DNA from: Verrucomicrobiota bacterium
GTDB lineage: Bacteria > Verrucomicrobiota > Verrucomicrobiia > Limisphaerales > J093
Direction: 5' to 3'
Assembly (NCBI GenBank): GCA_022710935.1
Contig: JAKLFY010000031.1
Coordinates: 1,857 to 65,856 of the forward strand
DNA: 64,000 bases
Below the pieces are notes generated by a model. That model was not told where the DNA came from. It did no database searches and saw nothing but the letters and a program-made list of their open reading frames with translations. Positions 42,627-51,681 of the stretch are shown one piece after another (positions within the stretch are counted from its first letter, which is position 1; every line of letters starts with the position of its first letter). Both the position numbers and the translations under genes were made by a program.

Positions 42627-45600
42627 ATGCCAGATCAAACCCAGAACAGGAGAATCCCCTACTTCGGAGACTTCGTCTTGTTTGACGAGGTCGGCCGCGG
42701 CGGGATGGGCGTGGTCTATGACGCTCAACAATCGAGCCTGGACCGGCGGGTGGCCCTCAAAATCCTCCACCCGGATCTGTCTGCGACCGACGCCGCCCGC
42801 CAGCGGCTCCGGCTCGAAGCGGAAGCCGCGGCGCGACTCGAACACCCGCACATTCTCCCCATCTACGAAGTGGGCGAACACGACGGCCGTCCTTACCTCG
42901 CGATGCAGTTCGTCGAAGGCGAGAGTCTGGCCCAGCGCATCGCGCGGCTCGGGTCGGAGATCCCAGAAAAGGAGGCGGCAACCCTCCTGGCGAAGGTCGC
43001 CCGGGCTGTCCAACACGCGCATGAACGCGGCGTGCTGCACCGGGATCTCAAGCCGGGAAACATCCTTCTCGACCAGGCCGGCCAGCCGCATCTGATCGAC
43101 TTCGGCTTGGCCCGGTGCGTCGGCCAGGATTCAGGCCTGACCCGGACAGGGGCGTTTCTGGGCACACCCGCTTATGCGTCGCCCGAACAGGCGGCTGGCC
43201 AGACCCAGGCCGTCACCACCGCAACAGACATCTACAGTCTCGGCGCCATTCTGTATGCCCTGCTCACAGGTCAGCCGCCCTTTGTCGGCAAGTCCGCCGC
43301 CGAGACAATCGACAACGTCAGATCCGCTGATCCCGTCCGCCCGCGATCGATCCGGCCATCGCTCGCGCGCGATCTCGAGACGATTTGTCTGAAATGCATC
43401 GAGAAGGAGCCCCGGCGCCGCTACGGCTCGGCTCTCGCGTTGGCGGAGGACCTCGAACGCTTCGTTGAAGGCAGGCCGATCCTTGCCCGACCGGTCAAAC
43501 CACTGGAACGGCTCTGGATGTGGACGCGCCGAAACCCGGTCCATGCCGCGCTGGGCTTGATGGCATTCCTGGTGGTACTCCTGTCTTTGGCCGGGCTCAT
43601 TCAACGGCAACACGCCCGAGCCAGGGAAATCATGCATGTCCGGCAGAGCGAACTGCTCGGTCAAGTCCAGATCACGCGCTTGACGCCGCATCAGGCTGGG
43701 TGGTCGCAACGTGCCTGGACCCAAGCCGTCGAAGCCGCCGCAATTCCGACGGCGATGCGTTCGGATGACGTGCGCAATCAAGCGGCGGCCCTTCTGGCCG
43801 GACTCGACGCACACCAGATAGGGGAGTGGGCGAATTTCAGCGCGTCCAGTGTCCTCTTCGATCGGGAAGGCAAGCGCATCCTGATCGGGTGTGTGGACGA
43901 CCGCACACGACTGCTGGAGCTCGCCGGCGAAAACATGCAGACGAGTCCCTTGACCAATTCGGGGCCAATGGCATTCGGAGAGAATGGCGCGCCTCTCCAA
44001 CTCCTGTTCGATGCCTCAAGCCGCTCGCTCCATGTTGTTGACGTCCTGACCGGGCGACCGATGCGGGAATGGGCTGTGCCGGCTTCGATTGGCGCGGACC
44101 GGGCCGCATCGAACAGCCCGGTCGATGGGCGCCCGCTTCTCGCCTTCACACCCGATGGATCGTGCGCCGCCGGCGTGTTCGAGGGATCGGATGGTCGCCA
44201 ACACGTTGCCTCTTTTCTGCCCGGTGCCGTTCGGTCGCTGCTGGGCCTTGGAGCATCGGTGTCCGCGGTCACCATCTCTCCGGATGGGAGCCTGGCGGCG
44301 GCCGGGGAGTCGAGAGGAAAAGTGCACGTGTGGTCGACCCACGACGCCAGCCGCATCGCTGAGTTTTCAGCGAGCCGAGTCGAGATTCTCTCCCTGGCGC
44401 TCAGGCGGGTCGCGCGGCATCGCGATTCTCCCGAGGCAAGCGCGAGCGGAACCTGGCTCGTGGCGATTGGCGACGCGGGAGGCACGGTGACGATTTGGGA
44501 TGTCGAGAGCCAGACAGCGACGGCTCACTGCGTTGGCGGTCACTACCACATCAATGCGGTCGCGTTCAGCCCGGATGGAGCGACACTCGCTTCAGGCGGA
44601 CGCGGTCCGGTGAAACTGTGGGATGTGGGCACCGGCCGGTTGCTGCTGGAATGTCAGTGGGGCGACTACATCACGGACCTCGCATTTTCACCTGACGGCG
44701 CGTGTCTGGCCATGAGCGCGGAGAACAAGAACCCGCCCTACCCGGCCGGCCTCGCCATCTGGCGTCTGGAACCCGGACGCGGGATCCAGACGCTGCGCGG
44801 CCTCTCGGGTCAGGTGTCGAAGGTGTGTTTTTCGCCGGATGGACGGAGGTGCGCGGCCTTGTCGCACCGATGGGAGGTGGGGGTGTGGGATGTGGCCGAG
44901 GACCGACTGCTGCGGATCTTCGAGGCGCCGGTCGGCCAAATCGCCGACAACGCGTCGCTGGCCTGGAGCCCGGATGGCGAACATCTCGCCTTTGCAGGCT
45001 GGCAGGCTGCTCGATTGTGGGATATCGCGTCCGGTCAGACGCTGCGGCGTTGGGACGAACGCCAGTTGCCCCCGGGCCTCTGCGACACCCTCGCCTTTCC
45101 AGACGAAGAACATCTCTTTCTCTTCAGGGTCGAGACGCGCGACGGCAAACACCCTCCGCTGAAATCCGTTGCGGATCCAAAAGGTCACCCCCGCGTCTGC
45201 CGTCTGCGCGAGATCCTGAGTTCGGACCATCCCACTCTCATCGCGGAGATCACTGACTTCAGCGACCATGTCAAAGAGGTCGAGGCGCCGCCCGACGGAC
45301 GTTGCTTTGTCGTGGAGGGCAAGTCTGTGTTCGGGGATGAGAACTCGGCGATCATGAAGTGCTTCGATGGACGCACGGGCAGGGAGTTGTGGTCGCGCGA
45401 CCTGCGGCGCGAGGAATGTGGGGTGTTGGCGATCGACGCCGCCGGGAAGCTTCTTTCCTTCCCGCAGGATCCGCTGGGTGAAGCATCGCTTGTTGAGTTG
45501 CAGACGGGTCGTGCGCTCGAGGTCCTGGACTTTTTCCCCTGGGGGATCCGGGCCGAGCCCCGCCTGTATGCCGGAAACGCATTCGACCGTGACCGAGACA

Positions 45601-45845
45601 TCCGCCTGTTCGACGCTCCAGGCCAGGCCCCTTTGCTCACGCTCGCCGTTGACCCCTGCGCCGCCAGCGGCGTCCGCTTCAATGCCGAGGGAACCCGGCT
45701 GGCCTGGGGCAACGCGGATGGGACGGTTACTGTTTGCCACCTCGATGAAATGGAGAACCGCCTGCGCGCTGCTAGCGCGCATTTCTCACCAGGTCTTGTA
45801 CAGCGCGAAGTCGATGTCATCGAGAGAGACAGCCATGCGCGCTAG
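42627..45845 (+). CDS. Ser/Thr protein kinase with one TM helix and extracytoplasmic WD40 beta-propeller repeats
   Basis: Hanks motifs GRGGMGVVY, VALK, HRDLKPGNILL, DFGLA and GTPAYASPE. The TM helix is ALGLMAFLVVLLSLAGLI. Many WD-like repeats follow (GTVTIWD, PVKLWD, EVGVWD, AARLWD). Confidence 0.9.
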   Translation: MPDQTQNRRIPYFGDFVLFDEVGRGGMGVVYDAQQSSLDRRVALKILHPDLSATDAARQRLRLEAEAAARLEHPHILPIYEVGEHDGRPYLAMQFVEGESLAQRIARLGSEIPEKEAATLLAKVARAVQHAHERGVLHRDLKPGNILLDQAGQPHLIDFGLARCVGQDSGLTRTGAFLGTPAYASPEQAAGQTQAVTTATDIYSLGAILYALLTGQPPFVGKSAAETIDNVRSADPVRPRSIRPSLARDLETICLKCIEKEPRRRYGSALALAEDLERFVEGRPILARPVKPLERLWMWTRRNPVHAALGLMAFLVVLLSLAGLIQRQHARAREIMHVRQSELLGQVQITRLTPHQAGWSQRAWTQAVEAAAIPTAMRSDDVRNQAAALLAGLDAHQIGEWANFSASSVLFDREGKRILIGCVDDRTRLLELAGENMQTSPLTNSGPMAFGENGAPLQLLFDASSRSLHVVDVLTGRPMREWAVPASIGADRAASNSPVDGRPLLAFTPDGSCAAGVFEGSDGRQHVASFLPGAVRSLLGLGASVSAVTISPDGSLAAAGESRGKVHVWSTHDASRIAEFSASRVEILSLALRRVARHRDSPEASASGTWLVAIGDAGGTVTIWDVESQTATAHCVGGHYHINAVAFSPDGATLASGGRGPVKLWDVGTGRLLLECQWGDYITDLAFSPDGACLAMSAENKNPPYPAGLAIWRLEPGRGIQTLRGLSGQVSKVCFSPDGRRCAALSHRWEVGVWDVAEDRLLRIFEAPVGQIADNASLAWSPDGEHLAFAGWQAARLWDIASGQTLRRWDERQLPPGLCDTLAFPDEEHLFLFRVETRDGKHPPLKSVADPKGHPRVCRLREILSSDHPTLIAEITDFSDHVKEVEAPPDGRCFVVEGKSVFGDENSAIMKCFDGRTGRELWSRDLRREECGVLAIDAAGKLLSFPQDPLGEASLVELQTGRALEVLDFFPWGIRAEPRLYAGNAFDRDRDIRLFDAPGQAPLLTLAVDPCAASGVRFNAEGTRLAWGNADGTVTVCHLDEMENRLRAASAHFSPGLVQREVDVIERDSHAR

Positions 45846-46006
45846 ACGAGCGCCGCCTTGCGTTCATCGAGCCAATTCACAGCCGCATCGAGACAGTTCA
45901 ACGGTCCCAGCAGCGTCTCCTGAAGTTGGGCTTCCATTCCGCCGCGGTCCAGAACCTTGAGAACCCGCCTCCGGACAGGTGGGATCGGCCAGATGACGCG
46001 AATCAC

Positions 46007-46131
46007 GGTGCATCTGGGGGTTGTCGGCGAGGATCGAGTTTGCGCCGCGTGGGGGCACGCGGCCTACAGCGGGAGTCTCCATCCGGTGCCCTCACCGGGC
46101 GACAGAACACCGGCAACAACCAGATGCACCG
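46007..46131. mobile_element. MITE-like element, copy C, with perfect 12-bp terminal inverted repeats
   Basis: CGGTGCATCTGG (46007-46018) and CCAGATGCACCG (46120-46131) are reverse complements. They enclose the family core GCCGCGTGGGGGCACGCGGC (46044-46063) and the hairpin CCGGTG-CCCT-CACCGG. Confidence 0.7.
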
Positions 46132-46218
46132 CACGAGTCACAAGCCGGTGAAAGATTCATGGCCGGGCGTGCCGAATCCGTGTAACCTCGGGGTGTCGAT
46201 TCCTCAGGAAAGGGCGGT

Positions 46219-49200
46219 ATGACAAACTCGATGCCACCTTCTCACTGTCCCGGTTGCGGAGCGGAAGTGCCGCCCGAGGCGCCGCAGGGGTTGTGTCCGC
46301 GCTGCCTGCTGGCCGGCGTCGCGCAAGCGACCGAGTCGGCGCCGACGGTTCGGAGCCCCGACGGGCCGCCGTCCATCGAGGTCGTGAGGGGCGCTTTCCC
46401 GCAGTTGGACATACTCGAATGCATCGGGCAGGGGGGCATGGGCGTGGTGTACAAGGCCCGCCAGCCCAAGCTCGAACGCCTTGTCGCGCTCAAGCTGCTG
46501 CCCCAGCGGTTGGCTGGCGACGCCGCCTTCCGGGAGCGTTTCACCCGCGAGGGCCGCCTGTTGGCCCGGCTCAATCACCCCAGCATCGTCACGGTGTACG
46601 ATTTCGGCGAAGCGGGCGGCTTTTTCTATCTGCTGATGGAATACGTGGACGGCGCCAACCTGCGCCAGGCGATGCAGGCGGGGCGGTTTACGCCCGCGCA
46701 GGCGTTGGCGATTGTGCCGAAGATTTGTGAGGCGCTGCAGTTCGCCCACGGCGAAGGCATCCTGCACCGCGACATCAAACCCGAGAACATCCTGCTCGAC
46801 ACGAAGGGCCGAGTGAAGATCGCCGACTTCGGGATTGCCAAGCTGATGGGCGAGCGCCCGAGCGGCGGCACGCTGACTGCCACCGGCGCCGCGATGGGCA
46901 CGCCCCAGTACATGGCCCCGGAACAGCTCGAACATCCGCAGGACGTGGACCATCGCGCCGACATCTACTCGCTCGGCGTGGTGTTCTACGAGATGCTGAC
47001 CGGCGAATTGCCGCTGGGCCGGTTCGCCCCTCCTTCCGCCAAGACGCCGGTCGATACGCGTGTCGATGATGTTGTTTTCCGGACCCTGGAGAAGGAGCGG
47101 GAGAGGCGCTTCCAAAGCGCGGACGCGGTGAAGACCGAGATCGAGGGCATCACCTCGGGTGGGGCAACGCCAGACGCAAGCCTGGCTGGAGCTGCGGCTT
47201 CGTCCAAAGCTACGCATCCCCCCATTCAATCGGGGGACCAGGCCCCAGGCGTTTGCCCAAGCCCCGGCGCAGGCGGGCGCGGCCCTGACCTGGACGCACG
47301 GCGACTCGAAGAGCCCGGCCGGCTGACGGAACGCGGCGAGCCTGCACCGCTGGGCGGGGACGCGGTTTCTCCGCTGAGCATTCGGCCCGAGCATCGGCCG
47401 CTGGTGCTCATGGGATTGGCGGTGTTGTTGGCCCTGCTGATGTTACGACTGCTGCCGTTGCCGGGCCTCCTGATCGGAACGCTGAGCGGCGCGCTCCGCG
47501 CCGGAATCGGGCCCGCCCTCTGGACCGCGCTGTCGATCGCGGCCGGCGGCTGTGTGGTGTGGCTGGCTTGGGTCAATCGTCGCCGCCTGCTCGAGCCGCT
47601 GGGTGTGGCCCCGGCGGAGCTGGAGGAGTCGGAGACAGTGTCACTCTGGGCGAGCCAACGTATCCTCGGCACGATGGCTGTGGCGGTGCTCATGGCTTTG
47701 GCCGCGGCCGTCGGTTCCCAAGTCGTCCTGCTGATCTCGGCCCTGCTCGGGTTCGCTGCCCATTTCGCCTGGCCCACGGTGTTGGCCCTGGCTATCGGCG
47801 GTTTGCTGGCCTGGTGGCTCCTGCGCAACGAGACGAAGTGGCAGCCGTGTCCGCCCGTTGCCCCCAAGCCGTGGCAACCACGGGTTGGGATACTGTTTCT
47901 CGTTCTCGCGGGGGTGGCGTTGCTGCCGAGCTTGATTGCGTTCGAGGGAGGCGTGCGCTACTGGCAACTGGACGCGCTGCTGGGCGTGACCGGGGTGGCG
48001 CTGCTGACGCGGAGTCGCGGTTGGCGAACGGCGGCCTTGTGCGTCAACACGTTCCTGGCCGTGCTCGGCGCGGCCCAGATCTTCGCCGCCCTCCTCCTCA
48101 TCGCCCGATTGCGGTCCCCGGTGGAACTCAGTCCGTTGACGGCGTCTGTCGGCGTCGGCCCGGCGCTGGGTTTAGCGGTGCTGCAAATCCTCGCGTTCGT
48201 GGCGGGCCTGGTGGTGCTGTACCGACGCGATGTGCGGCTCAGTTTCGGACTGGGAGAGGCGGCCCGTCGGTCGGAGCCGGTCATGGCCGGGGGCGGTGCG
48301 CCAGTCGGGCGGATGTGTCCCCACGCCGTTTGGAGTGTCGTGTTGGTGGGGCTGAGCCTGCTGTTTGCCGTGCTCGGTTTGCCACTCCTTGTCCTGATGG
48401 CCCGCGGGCTGACTGATAGCGGGCCTGGTGGCGTTGGGAAGGTGGCGCTGCTGCTGCAGGCTGGATTGGGATTGCTCGGCGTCGGCTCCGCAATCGCCGG
48501 CACCGTGATGGGCATCGTGAGCTGGCGCCGGATCGGACGCAGCGGGGGCGCGCTGCGCGGCAAGGCGCTGGCGGTGATCGGCGCGCTGACCTGGCCGGTG
48601 CTGGCGGTGGTGCTCGTGCCGCTGCTGGCTGCGTTCATCGGTTTCTTCACAGTGCGAGTGATGGAACCGCCGCGGGCCAGCGTGCCCATCGTGTCCGTCG
48701 CGGGCAACGTGCAATCGGGCGTTGTTGGGAACTACCGGATCCCTGCCGGTCAGGCCGCGGTGTTTGAAGTGGTGACTCGAGATGCGGCTCGAATTGTTCC
48801 GCTGCCCGGTTTTGCGGTCCATGCCCTGGCGTCGTCGGAGGGAGAGGCGGAAGCGGAGCTGCTCCTCGAGTCCGCACCGCCAAAAGGGAATCGTGTCGGT
48901 CGAGGGTCCCGGCAACTCACGTTGATTTGCGGGGGTCGCAGCACCGCGATGACAGACCTGTCTCTGCCGGATGGGGCGTCCGGGTTGGCCCAGCCAAGCC
49001 TGGTCGGGAGGGATCTCGGTCCGGACATCGAGACGATCGAAGCCGCATTGGCCAACGCGGAGCGGCAGCGTCTCACGGTGCGGAGGCAGCTCGAGCCGGA
49101 CAGCGAAATAATCGACTGGTTCCAAACAAGTGACCCGGGCCGATACCCGGTGGGTCTGCGGGTGCGGACGTACGCGCATGGGCTGCCGGAGATCCGGCCG

Positions 49201-49278
49201 GGCGGACCGGGCACCGTTGGCGCCGGCACGAACTGGGTTGGCGGCGCGCAAGCCGCCGTACAACCTCAAGGCGGTTGA
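46219..49278 (+). CDS. Ser/Thr protein kinase with N-terminal Cys4 zinc-ribbon-like motif and a polytopic (about 12 TM) membrane domain
   Basis: CPGCGAEV...GLCPRCLL is followed by GQGGMGVVYKA, HRDIKPENILL, DFGIAKL and GTPQYMAPE. A long series of hydrophobic helices comes next, then a roughly 330-aa C-terminal domain. Confidence 0.9.
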   Translation: MTNSMPPSHCPGCGAEVPPEAPQGLCPRCLLAGVAQATESAPTVRSPDGPPSIEVVRGAFPQLDILECIGQGGMGVVYKARQPKLERLVALKLLPQRLAGDAAFRERFTREGRLLARLNHPSIVTVYDFGEAGGFFYLLMEYVDGANLRQAMQAGRFTPAQALAIVPKICEALQFAHGEGILHRDIKPENILLDTKGRVKIADFGIAKLMGERPSGGTLTATGAAMGTPQYMAPEQLEHPQDVDHRADIYSLGVVFYEMLTGELPLGRFAPPSAKTPVDTRVDDVVFRTLEKERERRFQSADAVKTEIEGITSGGATPDASLAGAAASSKATHPPIQSGDQAPGVCPSPGAGGRGPDLDARRLEEPGRLTERGEPAPLGGDAVSPLSIRPEHRPLVLMGLAVLLALLMLRLLPLPGLLIGTLSGALRAGIGPALWTALSIAAGGCVVWLAWVNRRRLLEPLGVAPAELEESETVSLWASQRILGTMAVAVLMALAAAVGSQVVLLISALLGFAAHFAWPTVLALAIGGLLAWWLLRNETKWQPCPPVAPKPWQPRVGILFLVLAGVALLPSLIAFEGGVRYWQLDALLGVTGVALLTRSRGWRTAALCVNTFLAVLGAAQIFAALLLIARLRSPVELSPLTASVGVGPALGLAVLQILAFVAGLVVLYRRDVRLSFGLGEAARRSEPVMAGGGAPVGRMCPHAVWSVVLVGLSLLFAVLGLPLLVLMARGLTDSGPGGVGKVALLLQAGLGLLGVGSAIAGTVMGIVSWRRIGRSGGALRGKALAVIGALTWPVLAVVLVPLLAAFIGFFTVRVMEPPRASVPIVSVAGNVQSGVVGNYRIPAGQAAVFEVVTRDAARIVPLPGFAVHALASSEGEAEAELLLESAPPKGNRVGRGSRQLTLICGGRSTAMTDLSLPDGASGLAQPSLVGRDLGPDIETIEAALANAERQRLTVRRQLEPDSEIIDWFQTSDPGRYPVGLRVRTYAHGLPEIRPGGPGTVGAGTNWVGGAQAAVQPQGG

Positions 49279-50115
49279 ATGCCCGGCGCTGATCCCATCC
49301 GAATCGACGCCTCGGCTGGCGACTCCGCGACTGAGGCGTCGACGGTCCATGTCTCGCCGCAAGGCGGCGGCTTTGTCGCGACCCGTTGGACGCTGGTGCT
49401 GCGTGCTCGAGGCCAGTCGCCCGACGCGCGAGCTGCGTTGGGCGAGCTGTGCGAGGCCTACTATGCGCCAGTCGGGACCTTCATTCGCGCGACCGTGCGG
49501 GACGACGAGGCCGCGCGCGATCTGACGCAGGAGTTTTTCGCGCGCGTGCTGGCGGGAAGCGCCTTCGACCGCGCCGATCCCGAACGCGGACGCTTCCGCT
49601 CGTTTCTCCTGGGCGCCGTGAAGCACTTCTTGGCCGACGCCCGCGCACGCGCCGCTGCGAGCAAGCGGGGCGGTGGGGCGCTGCTGGTGCCGCTCGAAGC
49701 GGGCACCGACACCTCGCCCGGTCTCGAAGTGCCCGACCCGCGCTCGGCGGATGTCGAGACTGCCTTCGATCGCCACTGGGCGTTCGTGCTGTTGGAACGG
49801 GCCTTGCGTCAACTCGAAGGCGAGGCGGCGTCCGAGGGCAAGGCCGAGCAGTTTGCCGTGTTGAAGCCGTGGCTCACCGGCGCCGCGGCCCAGCCCCAGA
49901 GCGAGGCGGCTGCGTGTCTTGGACTCAACGAAGGCGCTGTCAAAGTGGCCATTCATCGCCTCCGCAGCCGGTTCCGCGACCTGGTCAAACGGGAAATCGC
50001 CCAGACAGTGCGCGACAGCGCGGACGTCGCGGCCGAACTGAGGCACCTGATCGAGGTCGTGGCGCGAGGGCGCGAGGCGCCGGGTCGGGATGAAACAGCC
50101 CGGAATGAAACTTGA
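49279..50115 (+). CDS. ECF-type sigma-70 family factor (kinase-associated, ECF43-like)
   Basis: The ATG directly abuts the kinase stop (TGAATG). TRWTLVLRA...ALGELCEAYYAPV...DLTQEFFARVL and LNEGAVKVAIHRLRSRFRDLV mark regions 2 and 4. Confidence 0.75.
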   Translation: MPGADPIRIDASAGDSATEASTVHVSPQGGGFVATRWTLVLRARGQSPDARAALGELCEAYYAPVGTFIRATVRDDEAARDLTQEFFARVLAGSAFDRADPERGRFRSFLLGAVKHFLADARARAAASKRGGGALLVPLEAGTDTSPGLEVPDPRSADVETAFDRHWAFVLLERALRQLEGEAASEGKAEQFAVLKPWLTGAAAQPQSEAAACLGLNEGAVKVAIHRLRSRFRDLVKREIAQTVRDSADVAAELRHLIEVVARGREAPGRDETARNET

Positions 50116-50160
50116 CTTGGCCGCCGCGGATCCTGAGGTTGAGCGCATCCAAAAAAGACC

Positions 50161-50874
50161 ATGACAACACACGACACCATCAATCGACGCCACTTCATCG
50201 AGACTGCGGGAGTCGCGGCCGCCGCCGCGGGATTCCTCGGGAGCGCGGCTCCCGCCCACGCTGCTGACGCGCCGCCTCCGGCGAACGCGAAGGTGAGGAT
50301 CGTGGGGATTTGCGGCAGCCATCGCAAAGGCAAGACGACCGCCGCGGGCCTTCAAATGGCTCTCGATTCCGCCAGGGCCGTCAGCCCCGAGATCGAGACC
50401 GAACTGATCGAGTTGATGGACTACAAGCTGCTCCCGGCTGTGCCGGGCGGCGAGATCCAGGACGACTACGCCAGGATTCATGCGAAGATCACCGACCCGA
50501 CGGTGGGGGGCATCATCCTGGGATCGCCTGTGTATTTCAGCAACATGAGCGCGATGATGAAGATGTTCATCGAGCACTTCAGCCCATACAAGAAAAACGG
50601 CGCCCTCTCGAACAAGGTGGCCGGGGTGCTGACGGTCGCCGGCGCGCGCAATGGCGGCCAGGAAGGCGTCGCCCAGTCCATCATGGCCGCGCTCCTGGGC
50701 GTCGAGATGATCGTTGTCGGCGACGGGCGCCCGACAGGCCACAGCGGCGCCACGTTGTGGAACAGCGCCAAGGACGACATCACGCAGGACGAATTCGGGT
50801 GCGCCACGGCGAAGGGCCTGGGCAAACGCGTCGCCGAGGTCGCGCTCCGAATGGCAGGCAAGGCGAGGTCCTGA
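50161..50874 (+). CDS. Tat-signal NAD(P)H-dependent FMN reductase / flavodoxin-fold protein
   Basis: Tat-like NRRHFIETAGVAAAAAGFLGSAAPAHA. The flavodoxin-like core is VRIVGICGSHRKGKTT...GIILGSPVYFSNMSA...GGQE. Confidence 0.7.
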   Translation: MTTHDTINRRHFIETAGVAAAAAGFLGSAAPAHAADAPPPANAKVRIVGICGSHRKGKTTAAGLQMALDSARAVSPEIETELIELMDYKLLPAVPGGEIQDDYARIHAKITDPTVGGIILGSPVYFSNMSAMMKMFIEHFSPYKKNGALSNKVAGVLTVAGARNGGQEGVAQSIMAALLGVEMIVVGDGRPTGHSGATLWNSAKDDITQDEFGCATAKGLGKRVAEVALRMAGKARS

Positions 50875-51043
50875 TCTGGAAACTGCACACGGCTGACGGC
50901 TGAGAGCGGGCGGATGGGCGGGCTTGCGATCACCCCGATCCGGCGTGGATCGAGAGACCTGACACACTGGATCCATGACAGAGTGCCTTCCGAACCGACA
51001 GGAGGCTCTTGGCAAAGCGGTGTCGGTCGGGCATGTTGGTGTC

Positions 51044-51613
51044 ATGCGAACCGCGGAGGCATTTCACTTGCGCGAGACGACGGGCACGTCGGGTCTCGAC
51101 GCGACGCTGCGCAGCGCGGTCGAGGCACTGGCGCGGCACGAGGTGCCGCATCTTGTCGTTGGCGGCCTGGCCGTCCAGGAACACGGCTACTTCCGCGTCA
51201 CGACGGACTGCGACCTTGTCGTGCCGGACGTGCTGGATGCGGTCGAGGTGCTGGCCGCCGATCTGTCGGGTCCGTTCGTCAAGCACAGGGACTGCGACGA
51301 CACGGTGAAAGACAAGCGGAACGGGGTGTTGGTCAACATGCTGCCGGCGGGGCATGTCCTCAAGGCGGGCTGCCGGGTGCCGTTTCCCGTGCCCATCGAG
51401 GTCTGGGACGAGCCCCGGTTTGTCTCACTCGAGAAGCTGATCGCGCTCAAGCTCGACAGTTGGTCGAACAGCCCCAACCGCCGATTGAAGGACAAAGCCG
51501 ACGTGATCGAATTGATCCAAGCCCTGCGCCTCCCGCGGGAACTGGCGGTGGACGAATCGGTGCGGGCTTTCTATATCGAGACCTGGGACGCGCTGGCGGC
51601 GGAGCCTCTCTAG
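51044..51613 (+). CDS. minimal nucleotidyltransferase-fold protein (MNT/AbiEii-like), stand-alone
   Basis: NTase signature HLVVGGLAVQEHGYFRVTTDCDLVV (G-G...D-x-D). The ATG at 51044 (MRTAEAF) is preferred. No HEPN-like partner is adjacent. Confidence 0.45.
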   Translation: MRTAEAFHLRETTGTSGLDATLRSAVEALARHEVPHLVVGGLAVQEHGYFRVTTDCDLVVPDVLDAVEVLAADLSGPFVKHRDCDDTVKDKRNGVLVNMLPAGHVLKAGCRVPFPVPIEVWDEPRFVSLEKLIALKLDSWSNSPNRRLKDKADVIELIQALRLPRELAVDESVRAFYIETWDALAAEPL

Positions 51614-51681
51614 CCCGCATGGCAGTCCTCTTGCGAGGTCTGACCGCGCTGTGCACCGTCGGGGTGTGAATATGCGGGCTA
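51611..51681. repeat. TAGCCCGCAT-type inverted-repeat element, copy c, filling the gap between convergent genes
   Basis: TAGCCCGCAT (51611-51620) and ATGCGGGCTA (51672-51681) are perfect reverse complements. Each end supplies the TAG stop of the gene reading into it. Confidence 0.7.
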
